Part shown: in pieces, positions 11,018 through 23,900 of the stretch | Numbering within the stretch: the stretch's first letter is position 1 | Layout: every line of letters begins with the position of its first letter | Assembly (NCBI GenBank): GCA_000708835.1 | Contig: DF237244.1 | Span: 45,412-109,411, forward strand | Origin: Klebsormidium nitens | Taxonomy: Eukaryota > Plantae > Klebsormidiophyceae | Direction of reading: 5' to 3' | Length of the DNA: 64,000 bases | Position numbers and translations under genes: made by a program | Notes under the pieces: generated by a model | Told to the model about the DNA's origin: nothing | Database searches by the model: none | Seen by the model: the letters and a program-made list of their open reading frames with translations, nothing else

Positions 11018-14000
11018 CTACCGTGTCGTGCGCTTCATCATTTCAGGCGCCCCGGGATTGATCCCTAGCAGCATGTTCCCCCCGCTGGGCAGGTATGCCA
11101 CGTTAGGCGTCTGGGCGAGCGTGCCCGCAATCTCCCGGGCTGCCTCGATTCTTCTCAGCTCAATCAGGCCGGAACCAGCGCTCGCGGTAGCCTCTGAGAT
11201 CTGGGGGGAGAATTGGGCAAACAAGTCAGAGACAAACTGTGCCCTTAAAACTCGGAGCTGATAAACAAGATTCGAGAATTGAATTCTTACTAAGCGCCGA
11301 CTGCAAAGGAAGCGGCTAGCGGGCGAACACCGAGAATCCTAGCCTGGATGTCTACATTGACACACATAAAGCCTAGCCTAACGCCGATGCGCAAATGCCG
11401 GGGCGCAGACAGAAATGCCGCCGCAGAGCTTGAGAGCACCAATTCCCTTAACCCCATACGATTTACGTCCGACACACAAATAAATCGTCGGTTGGCAAAA
11501 CTCTCGAGGCTTGTACCCAACAGCGTTCTGACCTACGTAAGCTGGTCAAAGGCAGAATGCGCACACGTCGAGCCGCTGAAGGAAAAGCGGCCTCCAGGAT
11601 GAGGGGCTAAAACACTAAAAACCTAAAGAGCTGAAAACCTCACCAGTCGCGCTGCCTCGCTCTCTCCCTCCGCCCTGATGACAGCCGCGCGCTTCTCCTG
11701 CTCGGCCTTCATGACAACGAACTTCGACCGCTCCGCCTCCTGTTGGGCTGCAAGCACAAAGGGAAAGCACGCTCAGCACATGTGCGCCCTTTGCAACGTC
11801 TGGCTTACAGAACTCAAGGATTTGGGTCGTTTTAAGACGTCCACACCTTCTGAGACGTTTGGGCCTTGCACAAGTGGATTCGGACCGCTCCGGCTCCTGT
11901 TCGGCTGCAACAACGGCGACACAATAAACCACGTCCAAAACGCCTATATTTTGAAACTCGTTCGTTGGTCTGCAGCTTATCTCCGGTCTGCGGGTTGCAG
12001 AGTTTCAGGAGCTTCAAGGTTGTTCCTCCCCAGACACGCAGCCATCATAAAAGGCGAATGTCGTTTCAATCATGCCCAACGGCAGGCTCTTCATTTCTTA
12101 TTTCTTTAGGTTAACCAAAAGGTCAGGTCGCGGAAGACACTCCGTGAAGGATGAGAGAATGGACGGAGAATGGAACCGCCGCTCGAAAGTGGTCAACTCC
12201 AGCAGGAAACGAAAGTGCAAAGACACGGAATTTCAAGAATGAGGCCACCCTCTTATTCTGGGGACAAGAAGAGCCTGCACAAGCTCTGTTCCCGTTGACT
12301 ACTCTGCGTCTCTGATCAATGGAAGTGTGGCATTGTGCCTCCTCTGAAGGTGCAAGAGCCAATCGTTGAGCCCAAAAGAACTGTTTGCGATCGTGCATCG
12401 AACATCGAGAGTTGCATATATCAGATAAGCTGAAGACTTTGCTCGCTGATCAGGAATATGAACTCACGCTTCGCAATCTGGACAGACTTCATCGGCTAGA
12501 GTGAGGGTTGGACAAGTCTTCGGACGCACAAGCTCCAACGTAACCCTTACTGAGAAGAGGGACAAAGCATTTCTAAAAGCTTACCGACTTGCTTCGCCTC
12601 AATGGCTCGTGAGAACTCTTGCCCGAAAGAAAGGTGTGTCTGCAGGGGGACAGGGAGAGCATCAGAAAGATGCAAAGAGGACGCCCGCCGCCCTGCGCGC
12701 TGTGCGTAAATACCTCTGTTTGCAAACTCTTGAAAGAGGTGACTGTCCACCTAGAAGAGAATAACTGCTCTCCCACCTTATCTACATGATAAACTTTCTT
12801 TTCAAGCACAGTAAACCAGTGTTCAAAGTTGACCTGTGCCCACGACCCGCCAATCGCTGATGGACTCGGCTTATCTCCCCATAACCTTTACACAGCGCTG
12901 CACGCAATCTGCCTCACACACTACCGCGACAAACCAGACGGAGGCACTCTTAACCTGGATCACCGGTGCGTTTCAGGAACGTGAAGACGGATGCAAAGTT
13001 GGAGCAGAGCCAAGGAGTAATGCAAGCGAGCTCACAATAGCAACGTCGTCAAGAAGAATGTTGAAGTCCTTAGCCCGCATGACCAGGCTCTCACGGACCA
13101 GCTTGGACACCTGCAGGGAAGCCCGGACGTCTATTAGCACTGGAATCACGTCAGCACTCGTGACCATACGGAACGCCTTCAGTATGTTTGTTGGCGGACA
13201 TAGTCGGGGCCAAGGAGGTGAAACGCTGTCGAACCCCTCCATGATTTATTTTTGATTTGTAACGCTGCGATGTCGAGTATTGCGACCTCCTGCACTCCTT
13301 AGTGTAACAGCGGTGCTGGACAACTTCCTCACTCTCAAAATCTTTCCCCAGACCTTTTTGAAGCGAAAATCTGCCGTATCTCTCTCAATGTATGAGATCA
13401 ATACTTCAGCCGAGATGACGCCCGCTGTGACATCGGCTCTTGAAGCGGTCCAACACTGGACGACTTCAACGAGCAAGCGGTGGACATCTTATAGACTGCA
13501 TTCATTCCCAATCAACTTCGGCTGGTCGTCAGCGAGACGATTCTTAAATGTCATCCCCGTCTCAACTGAGCATCGAGTCGACACATTTCAGCGTTCGTCC
13601 GGACCGGATGAGGCTCTGCAAGCTTCAAAAATGCGAAAGCAACGTTTCTTTATGTAGGCGGCCCCCTGTTGAGCGGGCAACCCCAAATACAGTACATGGG
13701 CACCATGCCGGCAAATCCTTCGGATGAGCATAGCGTTTCGCCGACGAGGAGGTCCCCTTGCAAATTGACCCAAAAGCCCATCTTAACACTGAAGTAACGA
13801 GATAGAACGTACGGTGCACCAACAGGATCTGCGTGAACCTCAGAGAATACCCTTTCGTAACAGGGGGCAAGGCGGCTCAAATAACGCGGACTGAAAGAGC
13901 TCCGTCAGACCCTACATGTATCTCCTTTCTCTCGCTCCCTTCAGGGGCGGGCGGAAACAATGACAACCATAGACACCGGGGGCATTTTTGCACCAGGGGT

Positions 14001-16936
14001 TGACTTACATAAGGACGCTCCGTCAGCAGCTGGTCCGCATTGAACTGAGCCTGCACGAGACAAGGGATAATATGTTGATTGATTGCCTATGTGCGTTGAA
14101 GAACCGTCGAAGAAGAGCAGATGCCCCATCAGGAACGTCCTGCAACAACTTTGGTTCTGATGAGCACGCAACTCGGGAGTGGTCGACCTTGAATTTGACC
14201 GCCATAATTTGCCGACAGACTAGCGTTGAAGACTCGTGGTAGTACTGGTATGAGAAGCAAAAGCGGGCCAAAGGGAGCCTTTGACGCGGAATCTCGGGTC
14301 ATATCACCAGCACGGAAACTCTTCGAGGAAGAGGGCAGTTCAAGAAAAAGTCCGTGACGACCGTGAGGGGTCTCGTTCCAAAGTAAGGCGACGGAGCCCC
14401 TTACGACAACGAACGAAACTCAGCCGACAAGATCATCCATAACCACCGCAGCCTACAACTTCTACTTCCAAGGCAGCATCCTTCCTTCGGAGGAAAAAGC
14501 GCTCATACTCAAGGAATGCAGCATCGCTTCCCAGCAAGGTGCGCTCAGAGGGAAAGAAAGACAGAAATGAGAAGGTGGTGAGCAAAAGGACCCACCACGA
14601 CGGCCTTGAGGACTTCGTTTCCGATCGACGGCAGCACGCGCTCGTCGTAGTCAACGCCCAGCGTTGTGAAGATGCGAGGCAGGCGGTCTACGTCTGGCTT
14701 GGAGAGCACGCGCAGCGTCAGGTTGACCATCTGAAGATCTGCGCGAAACCAACGAAAGACAATCTCAGATGATGACCCACAAGCAGCGGGCGGGACTAGA
14801 AGATGTGCACAGCGGGGGAGTCGCGACAGGGGAAAGGAGGTTGTTGGAGCTCGCGCAGCGTCAGGTTGCCCATCATAATGTGCACAAATGACCAAAGAGA
14901 TATTTTCTCAGGTGATGACCCACAAGCAGCGGGCGCGCCACAAAAGATGTGCACAGCGGAGGAACTGCAAATGGGAAAAGGAGGCTCTTTGAGAGCACGC
15001 CCAGCGTCAGGTTGACCATCTGGAGATCTGCGCAAAGACCCGAGGCGATCTCAGATGACGCTTGGAAAGTGTGCACAGTAAGAAAAATTGGTGGAGTCTG
15101 GAATGAACGAGTGTGAATGAGCAGTGCTGTCGCAGCATTGGGTTCACCATCTGCAAGTCTACACAGAAACAAAAGACGATTGCACCAGTGGCGGGTGCAA
15201 TTGAACAATGTGCACACTGTCAAGAGTTGGTATTGTCGAGAATGAAGGAGAGTGAATGAGCGGTGCTTTCGGAGCGATGAAACACTAACAGGCTCTATGA
15301 ATTAATTATCCCGCATCCGAGGAGTATGTGGAGCGCTCGTTCAGGATCTTGCTGATCATGGGCACTGATGGCCTTCAGCAGCAAGCGGCACAACCATTTG
15401 GGAATGAGCACGACATTGCGAGCTCACGGGATCCTCCGCTACTTCATTTAGGGGCAAAGAGAAGATCGGTGGGCACGGACGTGTGCTGAAGAAAGGAGAG
15501 GGCGAGCAGAGCACAAGTGCCGTCAGTTCAAGGATAACCGAGAACAAGATGCTGAAAAAAGGCGAAGGCGCGAAGAGCACAAGTGCCGTCAGTTCAAAGA
15601 CAACCGAGAAGCAGGTAAAGTAGGACTCGTAAGAGGAATGAAAACCAAGTTGGAGGCCACCATAGAGACAGCGCACCTTTTGTACCGGTGACTGAGGTGA
15701 TGGAGCGCGGGCGTGTGCGGACTTCAAAGATGTAGGGCTTTTGCAGTACGGGGATGAGGAAGTGCGTGCCCTCGCCCACCGTCTGGTCCTTCACTCCGAC
15801 GAGACGATCGAAGATGACCGCACGCTCACCTCCATCAACTGCAGGTAAAGAGACATACTAAATCACATGTTCCAAATGCAGTCAAAGAAACCTGCAAGAC
15901 AGGCGGACACTTTCTGTTCGATTGACCGGAAACAAAAGCGGCATCAAAGTAGATTATTGTCGGGGTGAACGGCACGCTCGCTCTGAAGGCAGCAATCAAA
16001 CATAGACTAAACGGCCAGGTGAGCCAACTCGCAGTGAATTTCGTCAAGTTTTGAGCAAGTGTTGCTAGCCACAGGTCGAAGCAGACAAGGCGCCACCAAA
16101 GAAAACCCAAGGCACAAACGTCATGTTACAGTGGATGACTTGATATGTTAGTTGCTTGACAAATTTCTACATTTGATTACAGACCTAGCGCGCAACTACC
16201 ACTGCAGAGTACATCACAGGGACGCCAAACACGAATTTCTTTGAAGACTTACATTCGACGAAACTTTTCGACATCTAGATCCGTAACTGCTAGCAAAACC
16301 CAAGACGATGGGCGTGTCGCTTTTAATAACTCTGCCAAAAGCAGTCGTGCTGCTTTTATAACACCTTATGGGCGTTTGCCAAAGTAACTCGCAGAATCGT
16401 CTTTTAAACATTCCGTTGAAGATATCAGCAGACCAGATTGACACAACACACAACTCGGGGATTTTGTCGGGCGAATCAATCTACAAAAGCCTGTCCTTCC
16501 TGTCAAAACGCCAGTTACCATTACCGTTGAGAGAAGGGGATGTGTAGTTGGTCCATCCATGCAGATTTGAGAAGACATTTCCAGTAGGTATCATGCTAAA
16601 TACAGGATTACATCTGCCGGACTTGGGATTTCGTACAACGCATACCACTCTTGCATCAGTACTACACAATCCTTCTGAACACCTGACAGAGAAGCTTGGT
16701 GTGACCGAAACGGCACACAATAAACTCAAACTCCAGACTCAACTTGGACCAGCCCTGTTGCGCCCGTGAGGTGCAGCACACCATAGATCACAAGCACACT
16801 TTGCAGAGGCACCATTTCTTCCAAGGGATGCGCACTCACCTGTGTAAAGGGACGCTTGCAGAGCGCTCCCACCAATTCCTACAAGCACTCCCAGCTGGCC
16901 CAAACGAGAGAGGAAGGTGCCTGCACCAGCGGCCAT
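11018..16936 (-). CDS. PHB3: Prohibitin (PHB3/4-type, SPFH/band-7 domain), 8 exons
   Basis: Exons 16936-16840, 15838-15677, 14738-14596, 14050-14009, 13110-13036, 12639-12585, 11747-11644, 11200-11018 join in phase. They give [103 protein letters not shown]. Confidence 0.95.
14739..15170 (-). repeat. Degenerate ~140-150 bp tandem duplications of the prohibitin intron-2 acceptor and start of exon 3
   Basis: Exon-start-like copies near 14840-14875 (MGNLTLREL), 14990-15027 ([14 protein letters not shown], intact CAG acceptor) and 15135-15160 (DLQMVNP). The flanking motif 'gatgacccacaagcagcgggcg...aagatgtgcacagcgg' recurs. Confidence 0.8.
15484..15615. repeat. Two-copy 66-bp intronic tandem repeat
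   Basis: 'gagcacaagtgccgtcagttcaa' at 15509 and 15575 with similar flanks; lies in prohibitin intron 2. Confidence 0.8.
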
Positions 16937-17451
16937 CTTGAGATAAACTTATGGTCGCCTTCTCTCAACGAGTTGCCCTCTTACTCAGTCCAAGATAGCT
17001 TTGAGCTTGCCGATAACCCTGCACCCGCTAGCCCTTCTCGCCTGTTGCTCTTTGGCCAACCTCTACAAACCGCTACAAAATTGCACGAATGGCGATGGCG
17101 AATCTCACACTTTCACCGACAAACTTCCTGCTTCCCTCCCTGCTCAGTGCTTGCCAGTGCTTGCAAATTTTGACGATGACTTCCAAGGTACGCACCCTTG
17201 CGGACCACGTGTTTGACAGGTGCTTTCTGATTGGTTGAAAAGTCCGTTGCTATTTCACACTGTGCGCGCTAGCGGAGCTCAATATTGAACGCTGCATTCA
17301 GCTTCATTTGCTGGCACTGGAGCAAAAGCATCAAAGCATTCTCCTTTTATTAGTGTCTCCGCCCCGCCAAATAGGTGTAAAGCACACTCAAACACCTGAA
17401 GTCATCGGAGTCCTGAGTCTGATGTCAGTGGTTACGGGCTGTGGTTAGGAT

Positions 17452-17630
17452 AGTGACAGTGACGCTGACAAGTGACATTGACTGACATTGACATTGACGG
17501 TGACCGGGGCTCTCACTGGGACATTAGGGTTATGTTGCAAACCTGTAACGGTTCGTGGCAATCGACTAGCGTTTTGTTAGGGTTACGTCATTTTCCAGTG
17601 ACATTAGGGTTACTCACTGACAGTGACAAC
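17452..17630. promoter_or_regulatory. Low-complexity TGACA(T/G) repeats with three TTAGGGTTA (telo-box-like) motifs between divergent PHB and CDA genes
   Basis: 'gtgacattgactgacattgacattgac'; 'ttagggtta' at ~17524, ~17578 and ~17604. A regulatory role is inferred from position only. Confidence 0.35.
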
Positions 17631-18104
17631 CGGGCAGAGTACTTTTGGTTTAGTGTATGTAGCCACTTCCTCCGACCCGGTCCCCATCTAGACCGGGAGC
17701 CGTACCGCAAACTGTACGGTAAATCGACAACTCTGACGGAAATTTGATCAAAGGACCTGATCTGACAATTTGATCCACGCGGACACCTTGACAGCCAATA
17801 ATCCCGCGTGTAAAGAGTTTTCACACTTTCTGAAGTCTGAGACACTAATAAAAGGAGAATGCTTTGTCGTACTTGCGGCACTGGATCATGACAGCTTGAT
17901 GAACGCTGCTGAGGCAAAACGTGGTCACCATCTTCCTGATCAAGGGTCGTCTGAGCTCTCGAGGCGTTTGCGACGCGTATGGTGACTGATAAGGCGGCAG
18001 CTGCTAGCAGTTTTACTGCTAGCTGCTTTAGCCTGCGTCGGTGATCGAGATTGAGACTAAAGAAGGGGCATGAGAGAGCATCACCTGACCGCTTCCTGCT
18101 CACC

Positions 18105-19534
18105 ATGAATAGAGCTACTGCAGTTGCCAGAAGCTGCAAATTCTCCTTCCGACTAGCTGGCTGCTTAAATTCCCTCGTGCAAGATGTTGGCCAGCATGAG
18201 AGATTGCTTCTTTCAAGACGCTTCCAAGGATCAGGGTTCCATGGCGCTTCTGTTTGCTCAGGTCCCAATCGGACCACATTCCGGTCAAAGGACTCAAGTC
18301 CAAGTCCAGCACCAGGTAATCTTTTCAGACGGGGAGTGACCGCTTGCGCTTCTACGCTCAGTACGCCTAAGAATGTGCACGCGGATCCAGTCAGCTTCTC
18401 TCAGGATGGAGCAGCCAAAGTTCCATTTGTCATCGACGCAGACGAAGCCGCTCGCCAGGTGGCAGCTTCAGGACTCTCAGAGGAGGCCTATCTCGCACAG
18501 CTAGTCAAACCGACCCTCCCCTTGGCCCGGCCCGTGATGTCCAAGTTCCATGTAGGGGCGGTCGGGCTAGGCGTCAGCGGCCGCATCTTCCGGGGGGTCA
18601 ATCTAGAGTTCCCAGGCCTCCCCCTGCAACAATCAATCCACGCAGAACAGTTTATGATTACGAACGCGATGCTCCATGGGGAAAGGGCCCTGAAAGCGAT
18701 TGCGGTGTCGGCTGCGCCGTGCGGTCACTGCCGGCAGTTTATGTGCGAGTTGCCAGACTCTGGGAAGCTCAAGATCCTGATTGTGGACAGTCACGCAGAG
18801 GAGAGCACACTGGAGCAGCTGTTGCCTCACAGGTGATGACTGTCCTGAGCCCCTTGCATTTGCAGTTACGGGAAGGCACTTACGAAGTTTCTTCGTTGTC
18901 TAATACAAGATCCTATCTTCAATCAACAGCCTTTGCTGGCCTGCACAAGGTCAAGCTGCTCAGAAAGTGAGCTGCAGTCACTAAGTCGCTCTTCTTCCTT
19001 CTTGTTGGAGATGCAGTAAATTCGTCAGAGATTTCAGTTCTCATTATAAGTACTCCCTTGCCCTTGACTCTACTATGGCCTTTGCTTTCGTCCCACAGGT
19101 TCGGCCCCCACGACTTGAAGGAGGATGCATTCCCTCTGTTACTAGCAGAGCGAGACAACCGACTCGAACTGGAAGATGAGGACGGTAGCGAAGGGAGCAG
19201 AGAGCTGCGGGAAGCTGCGCTTGAGGCTGCGAACAAATCTTACGCGCCGTATCTAGATTGTCCGTCGGGGCTGGCAATCAGAACAGCGGGGGGAAAGGTG
19301 TACAGCGGATCCTACATTGAGTCGGCGGCGCACAACCCGAGCATGTCGCCGTTGCACTGCGCGCTAGTCGCGGCTGTTGCGCTTGGCGGGGAGAGCTTTG
19401 TAGATATACGGGAAGCAACGCTTGTGGAGAAGCGTGTGGCACAGACAGAGCACGCGGAGATCATGAAAATCTCGCTTGCAAAGATTGCTCCTCAGGCGAG
19501 GTTAGCTGTTTCTTATGCGCGGAGGAAACTGTGA
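18105..19534 (+). CDS. CDA: Cytidine deaminase (two-domain, E. coli/plant homodimeric type), 2 exons
   Basis: Exons 18105-18832 and 19099-19534 join as LPHRFGPHDL. Zinc-binding motifs HAEQ and PCGHCRQF; SKFHVGAVG; second domain AANKSYAPY..CPSGLA and ESAAHNPS. Confidence 0.95.
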
Positions 19535-20907
19535 TCAGCTCTGTTGTCTGTCTGGACTGAGCACGTGTTGTTGGCCTGCCTGGAGCGAGCTCCGAAACAT
19601 CAAAGACTACTTGAAGGCCTTCTTGAACAGCCTAATCGTACATAAATCCTATCTATACGCAGGGTTCACAAAGAAAGGAAAATGAAAGCTAGTGCCATAG
19701 TGCAACTTATTAATAGAAACGATGTTCGAATGTTGCATAGGTCCGCAAATTCAGCAACAGTTTCTATCAACCCTCAGCGACCATCAGTCCTTAATCAATT
19801 ATGGTCAAATGAGTCAATTGCCAAGCACTTTTTTTTCTTGTGCTTCGACTTGATCAAACTTGAGCTTATGCATCGGTCTTTCCGATCATAGATCGATCAT
19901 GTCAATACACTATTTGTACGTTCGAGATTATTACAGGTCATCTAAGTTTCATGTGACATCGGGAATAATCCGAAGCACTCCGAGCGCAAGTGAAAGGTGT
20001 CCTCACTCGTTCTGTTGCACGTTAAAGGCGATCGACTCACGCATGCTGTGTTCGAGACCTAGAGAGCTGCCGTCTATAACAATCTCTGATACTTTATAAC
20101 AGTCTCAGGCAATAGCTATAAATTTCATGTTACATGAGAAGATTATATGCCCGGATTTGATCGTGTGCACAGGGGTGTATATATTTGATGCTGCAATCAA
20201 GCTAGTGCGCCTTGAAGTTGATCGTGGCGCCGCTGCATGAAACAAGCATGTGCCGCCCATAAGCGTCTACCTCGGAATCCAATGAATCCGCGAATGCAGG
20301 GACAAATCTTCGCCAGCCATATGCATGCATGTCCAGATCCACTCGGTTTGCAGGTAGTAAGAAAGAGTAGAATGTGCTCATGCACCTTAGTACTGAGGTA
20401 TGCTCATTCATTCCTAATGGAAGTAGGGGTAAATATAGTACGTTTGAATATGTTTCTCGCATCCATGGCGCGAAAGGCAGCTTCCCAGCCGCAGATTGAA
20501 TCGATTTCAAATAGTCCAGATTAACTCTCTCACTCGTTCTGTACAAACATCTCATATACGTTTCATGTTCACTAATCTGCCAGTGCAAGCCGTTAGTCCA
20601 ATCTGAGTTAAACATAAGCCTAAGCAATCAATGTGGCAGTGGCTAGATCCGCAGCCCGCGGACTGCCGGAAGTCAAGGTACGTGTTTCCTTTTATTTTGA
20701 ACGAATCTCTTTCTAGCGACATTTGCCATAACAATATTGATACTAGAGCATAGCTTCGAAGCCCTTTCTCCGGTTTCTACTTGCGACGCTGATGCTTTCC
20801 TCATACCCTACGCACGTTGTACTCATGCGACCACCCTTGTCTAGATTCTCTCTGGCGCAAGGACTACGGCTCGAGCTACGTTTGTTTGGCTGATACGTGG
20901 CAGCGGC

Positions 20908-23900
20908 CTAGTGGATGGTGACTTCTTTGATCTTTGAAAGGAGGCCGCTGTTGTAAGCTTTCTCGACGTCATCCATTGCTGGCTCCTTCTTGAAAGCTCT
21001 CTCGCTGCACGTGGCGGGAGCAAAGTATCAAATCAAGTTTTCAACTTTTCCTATCCTTAAACGGTGTACTTGCATGCTCTGCGATGGCTCCTTCAGAATC
21101 GCATTGCATCCTTTTTCTGATCGAAACGAAGTTGAACATTCCCTGACGCTTGACGGGTTTATTGACGCCAATCCAATGATCTCTTGTTCAACAGTTCAAA
21201 ACCGACATCTGCCATCCTTCATGCCATGTCCTCCAGGCAAAGAATCGTAATTAAGCCTTCCGTCCGACTCTCGGGCTTCGATGCATAAAGTCGATCTCAC
21301 ACCGGACCTGCCTTTGCATCAAAATTGCGATGCTAGAAGAAGCATGTTTCCTGCTTACTGAGTCAGATCCCCCGACCGATCAGACCAGAGCGTCTAAGTC
21401 TAATTTGCAGCCGAGTCGTTATTTTCTTCAAGAAGGAGAGGACACTCTTCTCACCGTATCTGCCTCTCCAGCTCGTTCTTGTGCGCGATCCGGCGTTCCG
21501 CTTCCGCCTTCCGGCGCGCCTGGTCCGCGGCCGCCTGGTCCGCCTCCTGCTTCAGCCGCGCCTTGAGCAGCGCCAACTCCTCCTCCTTGGCGCGCACCCG
21601 CCGCTCCTGCCAGCGGAAAAGGAACTCAGGAAAGGCGGGAACGGAACCTAAAGATCGACTGTTCAAATTCAATTCGGGCGCTCCTTACCACGAACCCGTG
21701 TTTGTGCAGCATTTCCACCGAGTCACGGCCACCGCTCCTTACAGTAGAGACAGGCAGTCTCAAGACAACCATGGAATTTTCTGCAAGTCACTTATGTACA
21801 AATACTTATGATTCGTAGGTCCAAAAACTGCCGCCTTGAGCACCTCCGTTGCTGAGAAGGAGTTCGAAAAACACTGCTATACACATCCCAAGGAAAAACT
21901 GAGAAGAAAATGGCACCCTAGCAGCGCGCGCGCACCTCCTTGTCTTTGAGCTGTTGCGCGAGCACGCGCTTCATCTCCTCCCGCTTGTCCACGAGTGCGC
22001 GCTGGCGCCGCTTCTCGTCCTCCGCGTTCTCGCGCTGTTTTTGCTCTTGCAGCCGCTCCAGCATCGCCTCGTCCTGGCAGCAATATACTCGGAGTTTTAC
22101 CAATCTTCCGAGCTTTATGTTGCTCATAATCATAGACTCTCTGAGCTTTAGGGTCGCGGGGCTTGGTCTGATAGCACACTGACAGTGGTCCTAAGACGCT
22201 TACTCGTGGAATTGGGCTAGCCGACTCAAGGGAAAATTTGTCTAGCCGACAAACAACGATCCGCCAGCTTCGACGGGTGCAGCTACAACTCAGAACGGTT
22301 AGGTCGAACACAGAGACCCCTTCGCTTTTATGGGCTCGAAAAAGTGCCTCTGCACTCGAAACAGAGCCTTCCAGAACCTTCCGGCCCTTTCATTTACCAG
22401 GACCCCACCAAAGCCATTGACAGACTTAAAACCCTAGAACCCTAAAACCCTTATTTCTAAAACCCTAAAACTCAAACGGACTTTCTCATCGACATATTGC
22501 AGGATTCTGGCAACCGACATCATATATGCGCTCACCACCAGGCCCTTCTTCTGCATCTCGGGAATTTTGGTGAGCGCCATCGCCATGCGCCGCGCCTGGT
22601 CGTCCTGCCGGGCCTGCCACTCCGCCTTCCGCTTCTCAGCCTGCGGAACGGAAAACGGATTCTCGGAATAACGGAAAGACGTCTACTACGCCGGAAGATG
22701 GAACTTCGCGCATGTTCTGCACACCGGGCTGACGGAATCCCTCCTGTTAGAACGGACGGAAGGAGAACAGGGTTTTCCCGGCGGACTCTAGGGACCCCCT
22801 TTCAATATAACCGTCCATAATCCCTTCAATCGCCATAAATGTTAGTGGACCCGATATCCCAGACCTTTACCTTTCGAACCTTATAATCAGGAGGGGTCTC
22901 TTATATCGGCTCGACCCTTCCGTTCTGTCATCGCTATCAGAGCCTGGTATCCTTCAGGTAGCCTCAAAGCCATCAGCATTTGCAGAGCTCTCTGGTACTC
23001 GCAATGAAAGCAGAAAGACTCTGCTCTCGCAGGTTCTTGTTCTCCAGACCCTTTCGTACGGTCTTCACCTGCTTCTCAATCTCCTCCGTGTACTGTTGCG
23101 TGTACTCGATCTCGTCCTCGATCTTCTTCTTCTTGGCCGCCAGTTTCATGAGCCGGCTCTCCTCGTTGGCCGCCAGGAACTTCTTCATCGCCTCCTTGCT
23201 CGCCTTGCGCGCGCGCTCCTCCGCCATGCGCGCCCTCTGCAAAAAGAGGCCCAAGGTCGTCATATATATATATTCGAAGTGGCAGCTCTTGCGCGCGCGC
23301 ACCTCCCCCTTACGCGCGCGCTCCTTCGCCTCTGCAGAGGATGCCCGGGGTCGTTAGCCACACTCTAGAGCTGACCGCTCTGGCCCGCGACGGACCTAAT
23401 TCTAAAGACACTGCGAAGCTCACGCCGCGCAACGGACGAGGAGCGAAGCACACGACAAACGAAGGTTCTGACAACAAGCGTTCGACGGCGTAGCATATTT
23501 CGCGCCGCTTTACACGTGAGCTTGCAAACTAATGATTCTCAGAATAAGCCTTCGACGTCGTAGCATATTTTGCAGCTCTCCACACGCAAGCTTTCAATCT
23601 AATGGTGCCCTTTCATTGACTCGGTATATATGTATCTGGGGACGACACCAGCTGGATTCGGAAAGGAGCTCTGACTTTCTAGGAAGAAAGGAAGGAAGGA
23701 GGCCACAATTACCTTTGAGCTGTTGGCCAAGAGTTGTTCCCGAGCTTCACAAAATCAAGTCCGACGATTTCGGCTTCTTCAGGAAAGGGCCAACAAACAC
23801 AGAGCTTTTTCACCCACTTTGTTCCAACCCATGTCGGGAGTGATTCCAATCTCAGCACTGGCGTGCCCCACTTTGTTCCACGTGCTCTCAAATTGTGGCT

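Noticed and set aside
17588-18277. 229-aa minus-strand ORF
   Set aside because: Overlaps the CDA 5' region antisense; no motifs or codon bias.
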